Notes under the pieces: generated by a model | What the model was told of the DNA's origin: nothing | Database searches by the model: none | Seen by the model: only the letters and a program-made list of their open reading frames with translations | Translations under genes and position numbers: made by a program | Shown: positions 1 to 9,604 of the stretch, in pieces | How the letters are laid out: the number at the start of each line of letters is the position of its first letter | Position numbering within the stretch: position 1 is the stretch's first letter | NCBI GenBank assembly: GCA_963604075.1 | Contig: CAVCPW010000259.1 | Location: forward strand, 1-57,278 | From: Anaerovoracaceae bacterium | GTDB taxonomy: Bacteria; Bacillota; Clostridia; Lachnospirales; Lachnospiraceae | Direction of reading: 5' to 3' | Length of the DNA stretch: 57,278 nucleotides

Positions 1-131
1 ACATCTAATACACCGGTCAGAGTAAGACCAAGTGCGCAGATGGTTGCAGTAAGACCGAGCGGGATTTTTTCGAGTATGAAACTTACAACTGCGAATGCGA
101 GAAACAGCAGGGCGATAATTGTTTGAGACAT
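1..131 (-). CDS. SLC13/CitMHS-type carboxylate or anion permease, 5' part only (runs off the window)
   Basis: Manual translation from ATG at 131 gives MSQTIIALLFLAFAVVSFILEKIPLGLTATICALGLTLTGVLD, a hydrophobic N-terminus with the EKIP motif typical of SLC13-like permeases. RBS-like AAGGGAGAG upstream; divergent from LysR. Confidence 0.65.
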   Translation of the reverse strand, partial: MSQTIIALLFLAFAVVSFILEKIPLGLTATICALGLTLTGVLD

Positions 132-260
132 TCTGAACTCTCCCTTCTCTTTGATTGTTAAATTTTTCACTCCTGAAATGTGTCGGCCGCCACATTTCCT
201 TTGCTGATTCCATTATAGGGCAGCACCATCACAAACACAACTTGACAGAAAATATGGCTG

Positions 261-277
261 CATACGTTTTTTTTATG
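261..277. promoter_or_regulatory. putative LysR recognition box (T-N11-A)
   Basis: CATA-N9-TATG dyad in the spacer between the divergent permease and LysR genes. Confidence 0.45.
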
Positions 278-437
278 ACCTCAAAACGAGCAGCGTCTTT
301 TTGAATAATTTTACCAATGAACCTCTCAAAAATGGCTATAGAAATTACAAAGCAGATATGGTATCCTTATAGCAGAATTGCTAAAAGAGTATTTTTTACC
401 ATTTTTAGCAGAAGTAGAGAAAGGACTGACAGAGTGT

Positions 438-1340
438 ATGACACTGAATCAACTGCGGTATTTTTGCACGGCAAGCCGCTGTCACAGCATCACAAAGGCG
501 GCAGAAGAGTTATATGTCACGCAGCCGACGGTATCCGTTGCTATCCGTGATTTGGAGATTGAATTTGGAATCAATCTGTTTTCCAGAAAGGGAAATCAGC
601 TGATGCTGACTGTGGAGGGCGAAGCACTCTACAAAAAAGCAGTCTATATTTTGCAATATTGCGATGAGCTTCTGGCAGACTGTTCAAGTGTGCTGCGTGT
701 TCGTCCGCCGGTTCATATCGGAATTCCTCCGATGCTAAGCACCGTGTTTTTTCCAGAGCTGTTAGAGGCATTTCAGGCAGAGCACCCGGAGATTCCGGTT
801 GTGTTGGAGGAGTATGGTTCTGTTCGTGCCTGCAATCTCGTGCAGGACGATACGCTTGATCTTGCACTCGTTAACATGGAACAATATAATATCGACAAAT
901 TCAACAACATTATCCTTGCGGATGACCAGATCGTATTTTGTGTAAGTGAGAATCATCCGCTCGCGCAAAAGGAATTTGTAACAACGAAGGAAATGGCAAA
1001 GGAAAAGCTGATCTTTTTTAATGCAGATTCGGTGCAGAACCAGCTTTTGAAGCTTCGCTTTGAGCTTGATGGCTGCACGCCGTCCGTTATCATGAGAAGC
1101 AGTCAGATTTATACCACATTGCAATTTCTCAAATTGAAGAAATATGGATGCTTTTTCTATTCCTGCATGACTGACAAATTCTCAGGTATAGTCGGAATCC
1201 CACTGGCCTCACCGATTCGTGTCAGGATTGGAGTGGTGTGGAAGAAGGGCAAATATATCAGTAATGATATGCAGACGTTCCTAAATTTTACAAAGAGTTA
1301 TTATCAGAAGCATCCGTTAATTGCCGAGGGAGATTCGTAG
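438..1340 (+). CDS. LysR-family transcriptional regulator
   Basis: MTLNQLRYF...SITKAAEELYVTQPTVSVAIRDLE HTH followed by a substrate-binding domain. ATG 438 follows GAAAGGA, so it is preferred over TTG 378. Confidence 0.95.
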   Translation: MTLNQLRYFCTASRCHSITKAAEELYVTQPTVSVAIRDLEIEFGINLFSRKGNQLMLTVEGEALYKKAVYILQYCDELLADCSSVLRVRPPVHIGIPPMLSTVFFPELLEAFQAEHPEIPVVLEEYGSVRACNLVQDDTLDLALVNMEQYNIDKFNNIILADDQIVFCVSENHPLAQKEFVTTKEMAKEKLIFFNADSVQNQLLKLRFELDGCTPSVIMRSSQIYTTLQFLKLKKYGCFFYSCMTDKFSGIVGIPLASPIRVRIGVVWKKGKYISNDMQTFLNFTKSYYQKHPLIAEGDS

Positions 1341-1383
1341 CGTAGTGGGTGCCGAGGTCCCCTTCATAACCTTTCGGTGGGGG

Positions 1384-1554
1384 TCACGGAACGCCAATTC
1401 GCAAAACTGCACGTTCCGAGCATCACTGCAAAACGCGAACAAAGTCCGCATGCAGCTTTGTTTTGTTCATTAACGGGCGTCCAGTTCGTCCTGCTAATCT
1501 GTCAAATCTTTATGCAAGCATAAGATTTATCCAGATTTAGCAGGACGCGTGAAC
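1384..1554. repeat. multi-hairpin intergenic palindromic element (REP/MITE-like)
   Basis: Long imperfect hairpin 1487-1547 (CGTCCTGCTAA...TTAGCAGGACG around ATGC-AA-GCAT); 1384-1409 matches the reverse complement of 36028-36053 at 23/26 nt. Confidence 0.5.
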
Positions 1555-1574
1555 GAAAAAATAAAAAATCTTAC

Positions 1575-1603
1575 TTGACAAATAGGAAAACGCGCTGTAT
1601 AGT
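1575..1603 (+). promoter_or_regulatory. sigma-A promoter of the trp operon
   Basis: TTGACA-17 bp-TATAGT immediately upstream of the T-box leader. Confidence 0.85.
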
Positions 1604-1635
1604 AACGCTATAGTTAAATAACACGATAACACTTC

Positions 1636-1911
1636 AAACCGATGAAGCGGAGATAAAAATGAGAAATGCGCAGTACAGAGAGTCCGGGATGCTGAGAACC
1701 GGACAGAGAGCAGCTTATTAAATGGACCGCAGAGGGTATGGTCAAAGGCGTAAGCCAAGTATTCCATAACGTGTACGCATACGTTAGTTGCGAGGGATAT
1801 GCTGGTATCCTAAAAAGAGCCCTGAAAAGGGAAACAAGGTGGCACCGCGGAAAGTAGAATTGTATCCGTCCTTGGCAGATTCATAATAGTGAGTCTGTCA
1901 GGGACTTTTTT
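1636..1911 (+). ncRNA. T-box riboswitch, Trp (UGG) specifier
   Basis: Stem I with AGAGA and GCTGAGA motifs, specifier TGG at 1723-1725, T-box AAGGTGGCACCGCG near 1836-1849, antiterminator partner CCGTCC 1866-1871, terminator hairpin 1868-1905 followed by T6. Confidence 0.93.
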
Positions 1912-2010
1912 GTTATACCAAATTTCGCAGGCTTAAAAGTAGCAAAGCAATTTGGATATATAGAAAACAAAAAGCTCCGCATACCGGCATATTAACAAAG
2001 GAGGATCACA

Positions 2011-3474
2011 ATGCAGATTACGACAACACTCGAAGAACTAAGACAAAAAGCAGCCGGATATCGTGCAGTGCCGGTTGCAGGAGAATTATTTTCAGATGTG
2101 CGAACTCCAATCGAAGTTTTACGCATCCTAAAAAATGTCAGCAGCCATTGCTTCCTTTTTGAGAGCGTGGAAAATCAGGAGATTTGGGGACGATATACAT
2201 TCCTTGGATTTGACCCTAAAGAGGAAATCTCATTTACCGGAGGGGACGATCCAAGAGTGCGCATTGAAAACGTATTAAAAGAATATAAAAGTCCGCGTAT
2301 GGAAAAGCTTCCTCCCTTTACCGGAGGTCTGGTCGGTTACTTTTCCTATGATTACGTGAAATATAGCAATCCAAAGCTAAAGCTGGATGCGAAGGACGAG
2401 GAAGGTTTTAAGGATGTCGATGTGATGCTGTTCGACAAGGTAATCGCATTTGATAACGTAAAGCAAAAGATCATTATCATAGTGACAATCAAGACCGATG
2501 AGCTTGAAAAAAATTATGAGGTTGCTGTTCATACGATTAAAAGAATCGCGAAAATGATCATTGGCGGTGAGATGAAAAAAGAACAGCCAGGATGCTTAAA
2601 AACCGAATTTCAGCCATTGTTTCAGAAAGACGAATATTGCAGGATGGTGGAAAAAGCAAAGGAATATATCTATCAGGGAGACATCTTCCAGGTGGTACTT
2701 TCCAATCGCTTGGCAGCTGAGTATGAGGGAAGTCTTTTAAATACCTACCGCATCATGCGAACCACAAATCCATCACCGTACATGTTCTACTTTAGCAGCG
2801 ATGACATGGAAGTGGCAGGTGCTTCACCAGAGACACTTGTAAAATTAGAAAATGGCGTGCTTCATACATTTCCACTTGCGGGAACAAGACCGAGAGGAAA
2901 GAACAGACAGGAAGACATAGAACTGGAAAAAGATTTGCTTGACGATGAGAAGGAATGCGCAGAGCACAACATGTTAGTCGATTTAGGACGAAACGACATC
3001 GGAAAGATAAGTAAGTATGGCACAGTTGAGGTAGAGGAATATATGCGGGTGCTTCGCTATTCACATGTCATGCATATAGGCTCAACCGTGAAAGGTCAGA
3101 TTAGGGATGATAAGACAGCAATAGATGCAATAGAAGCAGTCCTTCCGGCAGGAACTCTTTCAGGAGCACCAAAGTATCGAGCGATGGAAATTATAAACGA
3201 ACTGGAAAATAACAAGCGAGGCATTTACGGAGGAGCAGTCGGCTACCTTGATTTTACTGGAAATCTTGATACCTGCATTGGAATTCGCCTAGCTTACAAG
3301 AAAAACGGGAAAGTATTTGTCCGGTCAGGAGCTGGAATTGTGGCAGACAGCATTCCGGAAAAGGAATTTCAGGAGTGCATCAACAAAGCAAAGGCAGTAG
3401 TCGAGGCCATTAACAAGGCGCAGCAGATGGCAGTCGATGAGGGAAAGGAGAACGACGATGATTTTATTGATTGA
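2011..3474 (+). CDS. trpE: anthranilate synthase component I
   Basis: FLFESVE, GDIFQVVLS, NPSPYM, SPETLV, PLAGTRPRG, EHNMLVDLGRND, GTLSGAPK motifs. Confidence 0.97.
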   Translation: MQITTTLEELRQKAAGYRAVPVAGELFSDVRTPIEVLRILKNVSSHCFLFESVENQEIWGRYTFLGFDPKEEISFTGGDDPRVRIENVLKEYKSPRMEKLPPFTGGLVGYFSYDYVKYSNPKLKLDAKDEEGFKDVDVMLFDKVIAFDNVKQKIIIIVTIKTDELEKNYEVAVHTIKRIAKMIIGGEMKKEQPGCLKTEFQPLFQKDEYCRMVEKAKEYIYQGDIFQVVLSNRLAAEYEGSLLNTYRIMRTTNPSPYMFYFSSDDMEVAGASPETLVKLENGVLHTFPLAGTRPRGKNRQEDIELEKDLLDDEKECAEHNMLVDLGRNDIGKISKYGTVEVEEYMRVLRYSHVMHIGSTVKGQIRDDKTAIDAIEAVLPAGTLSGAPKYRAMEIINELENNKRGIYGGAVGYLDFTGNLDTCIGIRLAYKKNGKVFVRSGAGIVADSIPEKEFQECINKAKAVVEAINKAQQMAVDEGKENDDDFID

Positions 3475-4030
3475 TAATTATGACAGCTTTTCATATAACC
3501 TGTATCAGTTAGTCGGCACGATCGATCCAGATATCAAGGTCATTCGAAATGATGAGATGACAGTCGATGAGGTAAAGGCATTACAGCCACAACTCATCAT
3601 TCTTTCCCCAGGACCGGGACGTCCCGATCAGGCGGGCATCTGCGAGGACGTAGTAAAGACGCTTGGATCAAGCATACCGATCCTTGGTGTATGCCTTGGA
3701 CATCAGGCAATCTGTGAGGCATACGGCGGTAAAATCATTCATGCAAAGAAGCTGATGCATGGAAAGACATCAATCGCACAGCTCAATCGCGATGGCGTTT
3801 TATTCAAAGGAATGGATGCAGAAATTCAGGTTGCAAGATACCATTCACTTGAGGCTGACCCGGATACCTTACCAGAGGTGCTTCGTGTAACGGCAATAGC
3901 CGATGGCGAGATTATGGCAGTCGAGCATATACAGTATCCGGTATATGGATTGCAATTTCATCCGGAATCCATTCTCACACCGAAAGGAATCGATATTTTA
4001 CAAAACGTAGTAGAGAGTATAAGAAAATAG
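3458..4030 (+). CDS. trpG: anthranilate synthase component II (glutamine amidotransferase)
   Basis: MILLIDNYDSFSYNL, SPGPG, GVCLGHQ, QFHPES; ATG 3458 after AAGGAG, overlapping the end of trpE. Confidence 0.96.
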   Translation: MILLIDNYDSFSYNLYQLVGTIDPDIKVIRNDEMTVDEVKALQPQLIILSPGPGRPDQAGICEDVVKTLGSSIPILGVCLGHQAICEAYGGKIIHAKKLMHGKTSIAQLNRDGVLFKGMDAEIQVARYHSLEADPDTLPEVLRVTAIADGEIMAVEHIQYPVYGLQFHPESILTPKGIDILQNVVESIRK

Positions 4031-4120
4031 AATAATACAGGCAAAATAGAATAGAGAAACGGAATAGAAAAGCAGAATAAAAAACGTATAAGAACAGACA
4101 GCAAAGGAGATAATGTTATT

Positions 4121-5128
4121 ATGATAAGAGAAGCGATTGCAAAGTTAATAAGAAAAGAAAACCTGACGGAAGAGGTTATGGAGCAGGTAATGGAAGAGAT
4201 TATGACAGGAGAGGCAACTGATGCACAGAAAGCATCATTTCTTACAGCAATGACGATGAAGGGCGAGACAATCGACGAGATTACATCTGCGGCAAGGGTC
4301 ATGAGAAGTCACTGCGAGAAGTTCTTAAATGACATGGATGTGTTGGAGATCGTTGGAACAGGAGGAGACGGTGCAAATACAATCAACATTTCCACCATTG
4401 CATCCATTATCGTATCCTCGACAGGCATTCCGGTTGCAAAACATGGAAACCGCGCAGCATCCAGTAAGTGCGGTACAGCAGACTGTCTCGAGGCACTTGG
4501 CGTCAACTTAAATCTCTCCCCGGCTGAGAGTGCGATTCTCTTAAAAGAACATAACATGTGCTTCTTATTTGCTCAGAAATATCACCCAGCAATGCGTTTT
4601 GTCGGAGCAGTCAGAAGAGAAATCGGTATCCGTACATTATTTAACGTACTTGGACCACTTGCAAATCCGGCAGGCGCATCCATGCAGCTGCTTGGTGTAT
4701 ATAGCGAATCACTAGTAGAGCCGCTTGCGCGAGTACTTTATAACTTAGGTGTTAAGAGTGCGATGGTTGTTTATGGACAGGATGGCATGGATGAAATCTC
4801 ATTAAGTGCACCGACAACCGTGTGCGAGGTGCGAAACGGAAACTTCAAGAGCTATGTCATCACACCAGAGCAGTTTGGTTTTACACGTTGCAAGAAGGAA
4901 GATTTAGTAGGTGGTGATCCTCAGGAAAATGCACAGTTTGCACTCGACATTTTAAATGGAGCTAAGGGTCCAAAGACCGATGCGGTACTTCTTAATGCCG
5001 GAGCTGCCATTTACACGGCAAAAGAAGGCATCACAATTGAAGAAGGCATTCAGATTGCAAGAGAAGCTCTTGAGAGCGGCCGTGCAGTCAAGCAGTTAGA
5101 GGACTTTGTAAGAGCAACCAAGCATTAA
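4121..5128 (+). CDS. trpD: anthranilate phosphoribosyltransferase
   Basis: [41 protein letters not shown]. Confidence 0.97.
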   Translation: MIREAIAKLIRKENLTEEVMEQVMEEIMTGEATDAQKASFLTAMTMKGETIDEITSAARVMRSHCEKFLNDMDVLEIVGTGGDGANTINISTIASIIVSSTGIPVAKHGNRAASSKCGTADCLEALGVNLNLSPAESAILLKEHNMCFLFAQKYHPAMRFVGAVRREIGIRTLFNVLGPLANPAGASMQLLGVYSESLVEPLARVLYNLGVKSAMVVYGQDGMDEISLSAPTTVCEVRNGNFKSYVITPEQFGFTRCKKEDLVGGDPQENAQFALDILNGAKGPKTDAVLLNAGAAIYTAKEGITIEEGIQIAREALESGRAVKQLEDFVRATKH

Positions 5129-5227
5129 AGTATGAAATCGGATATCATAACAACATATAGTAAAGGTAATCGCAGTCAGGCATAAAATGGCAGTAAATAC
5201 ACAACATGGCAGTGAGGTGACAGCAGC

Positions 5228-6034
5228 ATGGCAGAGAATATATTAAAGACAATCGCAGACAAACGGCGAATCTGTATCGAAGAAAAGAAAAAGCAGGTGC
5301 CACTAAAAAACTTGATTGCGCAGACAGAGGCACTCTTGCAGAGGGAAGCAGCCGGTGAAGTGCAGGCAAAACCAAGCTTTTATAACAGCCTGGCGGGGGA
5401 ACCACTTTCCTTTATCTGTGAAGTAAAAAAGGCATCACCATCAAAGGGATTGATTTCACTTGATTTTCCGTATTTGACTATAGCAAGGGAATATGAGGCG
5501 GCAGGAGCTTCAGCCATCTCCGTACTGACAGAGCCGGAATATTTTCTAGGCAGAGATGAATATTTGAAAGAAATCGCACAGACGGTATACATTCCGGTGT
5601 TGCGCAAGGATTTTACGATTGATCCGTATCAAATTTATGAAGCAAAGCTTCTTGGCGCGTCGGCGGTGCTTTTGATCTGTTCGCTGCTGGAAAAGGATAC
5701 ATTGGTTGAATTTCTTGCAATAGCAAAATCCCTTAAATTGGATGCACTCGTTGAGGCACACGATGAAACAGAAATTCATACCGCACTCGACTGTGGTGCA
5801 AAAATTATCGGCGTGAATAACAGAAATTTGAAAAACTTTACGGTTGATGTGAACAATAGCTTACGACTGCGAGAGCTTGTTCCAGGCGATGTGGTATTTG
5901 TCTCTGAGAGTGGAATTAAGACAAGAGAGGATACTGCAAGGCTTGCAGCACATCATGTAAATGCGGTACTGATCGGAGAAACGCTGATGCGAAGCCCAGA
6001 CAAAAAGGCAGCACTTGATCAGCTTAGACCATAA
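5228..6034 (+). CDS. trpC: indole-3-glycerol phosphate synthase
   Basis: EVKKASPSKG, ISVLTE, LRKDF, GVNNRNL, SESGI; 268 aa with no fused TrpF domain. Confidence 0.97.
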   Translation: MAENILKTIADKRRICIEEKKKQVPLKNLIAQTEALLQREAAGEVQAKPSFYNSLAGEPLSFICEVKKASPSKGLISLDFPYLTIAREYEAAGASAISVLTEPEYFLGRDEYLKEIAQTVYIPVLRKDFTIDPYQIYEAKLLGASAVLLICSLLEKDTLVEFLAIAKSLKLDALVEAHDETEIHTALDCGAKIIGVNNRNLKNFTVDVNNSLRLRELVPGDVVFVSESGIKTREDTARLAAHHVNAVLIGETLMRSPDKKAALDQLRP

Positions 6035-6148
6035 TCAAACCGAAAAGGGCAATGTTATAAATAAAGAAGCAAAATAGGCAACAACAAACACATAAAAAGC
6101 AACACATAAATAGCTATATAAAATAATATAATTATTTAAATAGATAAA

Positions 6149-6200
6149 TTAAAAGAATCAAAGAAATAAAAAGAGTCAAAGAAATAAAAAGAGTCAAATA
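6149..6200. repeat. 18-bp tandem repeat in the trpC-trpB spacer
   Basis: CAAAGAAATAAAAAGAGT in two exact copies plus partial flanks. Confidence 0.7.
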
Positions 6201-6235
6201 AATTCGATAATGGCATACAGAAAGGAACAGGACAT

Positions 6236-7420
6236 ATGAGCAGAGGAAGATATGGAAAACATGGCGGCCAGTACGTGCCAGAGACACTGATGAATGAGAT
6301 TATCCGTTTGGAGGAGGCATATGAGCATTACAAAAACGATCCAGAATTCGTTCAGGAATTAGATACTTTATTAAAGGAGTATGCCGGAAGACCATCCCTT
6401 CTCTATTATGCAGAACACATGACAAAGGATTTGGGCGGAGCCAAGATCTATTTAAAGAGAGAGGATTTAAATCATACCGGTGCGCATAAGATTAACAACT
6501 GTCTTGGACAGGCTCTTCTTGCAAAGAAGATGGGAAAAACACGTCTGATTGCAGAGACCGGTGCTGGACAGCACGGTGTCGCAACTGCAACTGTTGCCGC
6601 ACTTCTAGGCATGGAATGTGAGATTTACATGGGCAAAGAAGACACCATCCGTCAGGCGCTCAATGTCTATCGCATGGAGCTTTTGGGAGCAAAGGTTCAT
6701 CCGGTTACAAGTGGTACTCAGACATTAAAGGATGCAGTAAATGAGTGTATGAGAGAGTGGACAAACCGCGTGGATGATACCCTGTATGTGCTTGGTTCTG
6801 TCATGGGACCGCATCCATTTCCAATGATTGTGCGTGATTTCCAGAGCGTCATCAGCAAGGAGGCGAGAGCACAGATCCTTGAAAAAGAGGGAAAGCTGCC
6901 GGATGCCGTACTTGCCTGTGTTGGTGGTGGAAGTAATGCAATGGGTATGTTTTATGAGTTTATTAAGGATGAAAATGTTCGCCTGATCGGTTGTGAGGCA
7001 GCAGGACGCGGTGTCCACACTGGAGAGACAGCAGCTACAATTGCGGTCGGAACTGAGGGTATCTTCCATGGTATGAAGTCTTATTTTTGTCAGAATGAGT
7101 ATGGTCAGATCGCACCTGTTTACTCCATCTCTGCGGGACTTGATTATCCGGGTATCGGGCCAGAGCACGCATATCTGCATGATATTGGCAGAGCCGAGTA
7201 TGTGCCGATAACAGACGAAGAGGCTGTTTGTGCATTTGAGTACATTGCAAAGACAGAGGGTATAATCGCTGCAATTGAAAGTTCTCATGCGATTGCACAG
7301 GTTATGAAACTTGCGCCAACCATGAGAAAGGATCAGATCATCATTTGTTGCGTATCTGGAAGAGGAGATAAAGACGTAGCAGCAATTGCAAGATATAGAG
7401 GAATCGATTTACACGATTGA
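6236..7420 (+). CDS. trpB: tryptophan synthase beta chain
   Basis: [16 protein letters not shown] (PLP lysine), [32 protein letters not shown]. Confidence 0.98.
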   Translation: MSRGRYGKHGGQYVPETLMNEIIRLEEAYEHYKNDPEFVQELDTLLKEYAGRPSLLYYAEHMTKDLGGAKIYLKREDLNHTGAHKINNCLGQALLAKKMGKTRLIAETGAGQHGVATATVAALLGMECEIYMGKEDTIRQALNVYRMELLGAKVHPVTSGTQTLKDAVNECMREWTNRVDDTLYVLGSVMGPHPFPMIVRDFQSVISKEARAQILEKEGKLPDAVLACVGGGSNAMGMFYEFIKDENVRLIGCEAAGRGVHTGETAATIAVGTEGIFHGMKSYFCQNEYGQIAPVYSISAGLDYPGIGPEHAYLHDIGRAEYVPITDEEAVCAFEYIAKTEGIIAAIESSHAIAQVMKLAPTMRKDQIIICCVSGRGDKDVAAIARYRGIDLHD

Positions 7421-7451
7421 GATGGAAACGGAATGTCAGATAAAACGATAA

Positions 7452-7485
7452 TCCATTACCCATCACATAAAAGTGATGGGTTTCC
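7452..7485 (-). repeat. IS200/IS605 end-like solo hairpin
   Basis: Minus strand reads GGAAACCCATCAC-TTTTAT-GTGATGG-GTAATGGA; same layout as the copies at 40230, 46930 and 49734. Confidence 0.45.
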
Positions 7486-7513
7486 ACCTAAGAAAAACGA
7501 AAGGATTTAATTT

Positions 7514-8314
7514 ATGAAAATGACAAAAATAGCAGAGGCATTTCAGAATAAAAAGGCATTTATTGGATTTTTAACAGCAGGTGATCCATCACTTGAGTGT
7601 ACAGAAGAATTTATTGTAAAGATGGAGGAGGCAGGTGCCGCACTGATTGAAATTGGTATTCCTTTCTCTGACCCGATTGCAGAAGGACCTGTGATTCAGG
7701 CAGCAAACATTCGTGCCTTATCAAATCCGAACGGCTGCACGACCGATCAGGTATTTGACATGGTAGAGCGCGTCAGCAAAAAGACGACAGTTCCGCTTGT
7801 CTTTCTTACATATTTGAATCCAGTATTCAAGTACGGTTATGAGCGTTTCTTTACACGATGTGCAGCTGCAGGTATTTCTGGAATTATCGTGCCTGATATG
7901 CCGCTTGAGGAAAAGGGTGAAGTGGCAGAGGTTGCTGCTGCACACGGTGTCGATGTGATTTCTCTGATTGCACCGACAAGTGAGGCACGTATCGCTCAGA
8001 TTGCAAAGTCTGCGACTGGTTATCTGTATATCGTTTCTTCTATGGGTGTAACTGGTATGAGAAGTGAGATTACAACGGATCTCGAGAGTATTGTACGTGT
8101 AGTTCGGGAGAATACATCTGTTCCAGCGGCAATCGGATTTGGAATTAACACACCTGAGCAGGCTGAAAAATATGCAGGTATGGCAGACGGCGTTATTGTC
8201 GGAAGTGCGATTGTAAAAATTATCGAGAAATATGGAAAGGATGCCGCAGAGCCGGTATACAATTACGTGAAAGAAATGGCGGATGCAGTGAAGCGTGCTG
8301 AACAAAATAAATGA
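7514..8314 (+). CDS. trpA: tryptophan synthase alpha chain
   Basis: FLTAGDP, IEIGIPFSDPIAEGPVIQ, YLNP, VSSMGVTG, GFGI, ADGVIVGSA. Confidence 0.97.
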   Translation: MKMTKIAEAFQNKKAFIGFLTAGDPSLECTEEFIVKMEEAGAALIEIGIPFSDPIAEGPVIQAANIRALSNPNGCTTDQVFDMVERVSKKTTVPLVFLTYLNPVFKYGYERFFTRCAAAGISGIIVPDMPLEEKGEVAEVAAAHGVDVISLIAPTSEARIAQIAKSATGYLYIVSSMGVTGMRSEITTDLESIVRVVRENTSVPAAIGFGINTPEQAEKYAGMADGVIVGSAIVKIIEKYGKDAAEPVYNYVKEMADAVKRAEQNK

Positions 8315-8384
8315 GAAAATGGTAGTAAGAGAGGATAATAGTAAAATGAGATAATAATAAAATGTGAAAATAATAATAATAAGA

Positions 8385-8410
8385 AAGGACACCGCGGATG
8401 CGATGTCCTT
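8385..8410. terminator. hairpin between convergent trpA and tRNA-Gln
   Basis: AAGGACA-C-CGC GGAT GCG-A-TGTCCTT; the A-rich left flank gives a U-tail on the minus strand. Confidence 0.6.
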
Positions 8411-8417
8411 AAATTAA

Positions 8418-8490
8418 CAGCGCTACCAGGATTCGAACCTGGAAAATGCTGGAGTCAGAGTCCAGTGCCTTACCGTTTGGCGATAGCGCT
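8418..8490 (-). tRNA. tRNA-Gln (anticodon CTG)
   Basis: Minus strand AGCGCTA TCGCCAAACGGTAAGGC A CTGGA CT-CTG-AC TCCAG ... CCAGG TTCGAAT CCTGG TAGCGCT G forms a full cloverleaf; CCA is not encoded. Confidence 0.95.
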
Positions 8491-8502
8491 ACAACATGTA
8501 TT

Positions 8503-8531
8503 ATAATAGCAGGTAAGTATGAATTTGTCAA
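8503..8531 (-). promoter_or_regulatory. sigma-A promoter of tRNA-Gln
   Basis: TTGACA-17 bp-TATTAT on the minus strand just upstream of the tRNA. Confidence 0.7.
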
Positions 8532-8653
8532 GCACAAATTTATATTTTTTTAATTGATTTCTTCCTCTGATTTGGTATAATAGACGTAGTGTACATTGGC
8601 GGCGGAATGCTCGGCTAATTAGGTCAATGTTGTGAAAGGCATGGAGAAGGTTT

Positions 8654-9451
8654 ATGAGATATTTTTTGAAGAAGGGACTGCTTGCAGGAGGACTTGGCGC
8701 GATGATGCTGTCTGCAGCAGGATGCTATTATGGGAGCGGATACGGTTATAGTTCTTATTCTAGTGCGAGCAAGGTAAAGACAACTGCAGCAGCAGATACA
8801 TTAGATGAGTTTAAGATCACGGACTTCCAGGCATCAGATGGCACCTATCAGTATAAAGATCTGGGCTGGTTAAGCAGCTATGAGGATCTGGAGAATGAAG
8901 TAGGAATGTCAATCGGCACAACAACAGCGTTCACCGAGGGTGAGACGATGGGAGACCTCAACTATTCTGTTAAACTGCTTGATTATGTTTCTGTTGGTAT
9001 GCAGCCGGTTTTCGATCCGGATGGCGGATTGACTACACTGACAATTTATTTCGAGGATACATATACAGCAGAGCAGTTAGATGAATTATTTGACAAAGCT
9101 GTTGAGGCCGCGCGTGAAGCATTTGGCGACGAGGATAAGTATCAGGAAAGCCAGCAGGACGGCGGTAGAGGAACGGTCTATAATACAACTGGTGCGTTCT
9201 GGTATAGAGATACTGATAAATATGGTGATTATACAGTGAACAGTTTCCAGATTGGAAAGCTTGATTCTGGAAATGGAACAAGCGCAGTCGTAATCGGTGT
9301 AAATATCTATGATCCGACCAAGGTTGAGGAAGAGTCAAGCGAGGAAGGAAGCGGTTCTGGTGAGAGTGCGGAAGAGGCATCTTCAAGGACCGATGATAAA
9401 AATGCAAAGGAAACAAGTGAGGCAGAGAAAACTGCTGAGAGCGAAGAATAA
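8654..9451 (+). CDS. hypothetical lipoprotein with acidic C-terminal tail
   Basis: Basic-hydrophobic signal ending LSAAGC (lipobox-like); E/S-rich tail; RBS GGAG/AAGG. Confidence 0.75.
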   Translation: MRYFLKKGLLAGGLGAMMLSAAGCYYGSGYGYSSYSSASKVKTTAAADTLDEFKITDFQASDGTYQYKDLGWLSSYEDLENEVGMSIGTTTAFTEGETMGDLNYSVKLLDYVSVGMQPVFDPDGGLTTLTIYFEDTYTAEQLDELFDKAVEAAREAFGDEDKYQESQQDGGRGTVYNTTGAFWYRDTDKYGDYTVNSFQIGKLDSGNGTSAVVIGVNIYDPTKVEEESSEEGSGSGESAEEASSRTDDKNAKETSEAEKTAESEE

Positions 9452-9491
9452 GAAATCATAAAATAAGAAATCGCAAAATAAGAAATCGTAG
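9447..9491. repeat. 15-bp tandem repeat x3 starting on the stop codon
   Basis: AATAAGAAATCATAA / AATAAGAAATCGCAA / AATAAGAAATCGTAG. Confidence 0.8.
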
Positions 9492-9518
9492 AAAGTGCAA
9501 GAAATAAAGAACAGAAAG

Positions 9519-9559
9519 AAAAAATAGGGACAGACCTTTGTGGCTTGTTCCTATTTTTT
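9519..9559. terminator. bidirectional intrinsic terminator
   Basis: AAAAAATAGGGACAG...CTTGTTCCTATTTTTT between convergent genes. Confidence 0.8.
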
Positions 9560-9604
9560 CTTATCAGGCGAAAAAGAGGTGTAATTTTGAATCGTCAGCG
9601 CAAT

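Noticed and set aside
6035..6235. trpF pseudogene remnant
   Set aside because: The sequence is A-rich low-complexity DNA with no TrpF motifs (such as KICG) that I could read in any frame.
8418..8490. Genomic island integrated at tRNA-Gln
   Set aside because: No duplicated tRNA 3' end and no integrase seen in the window.
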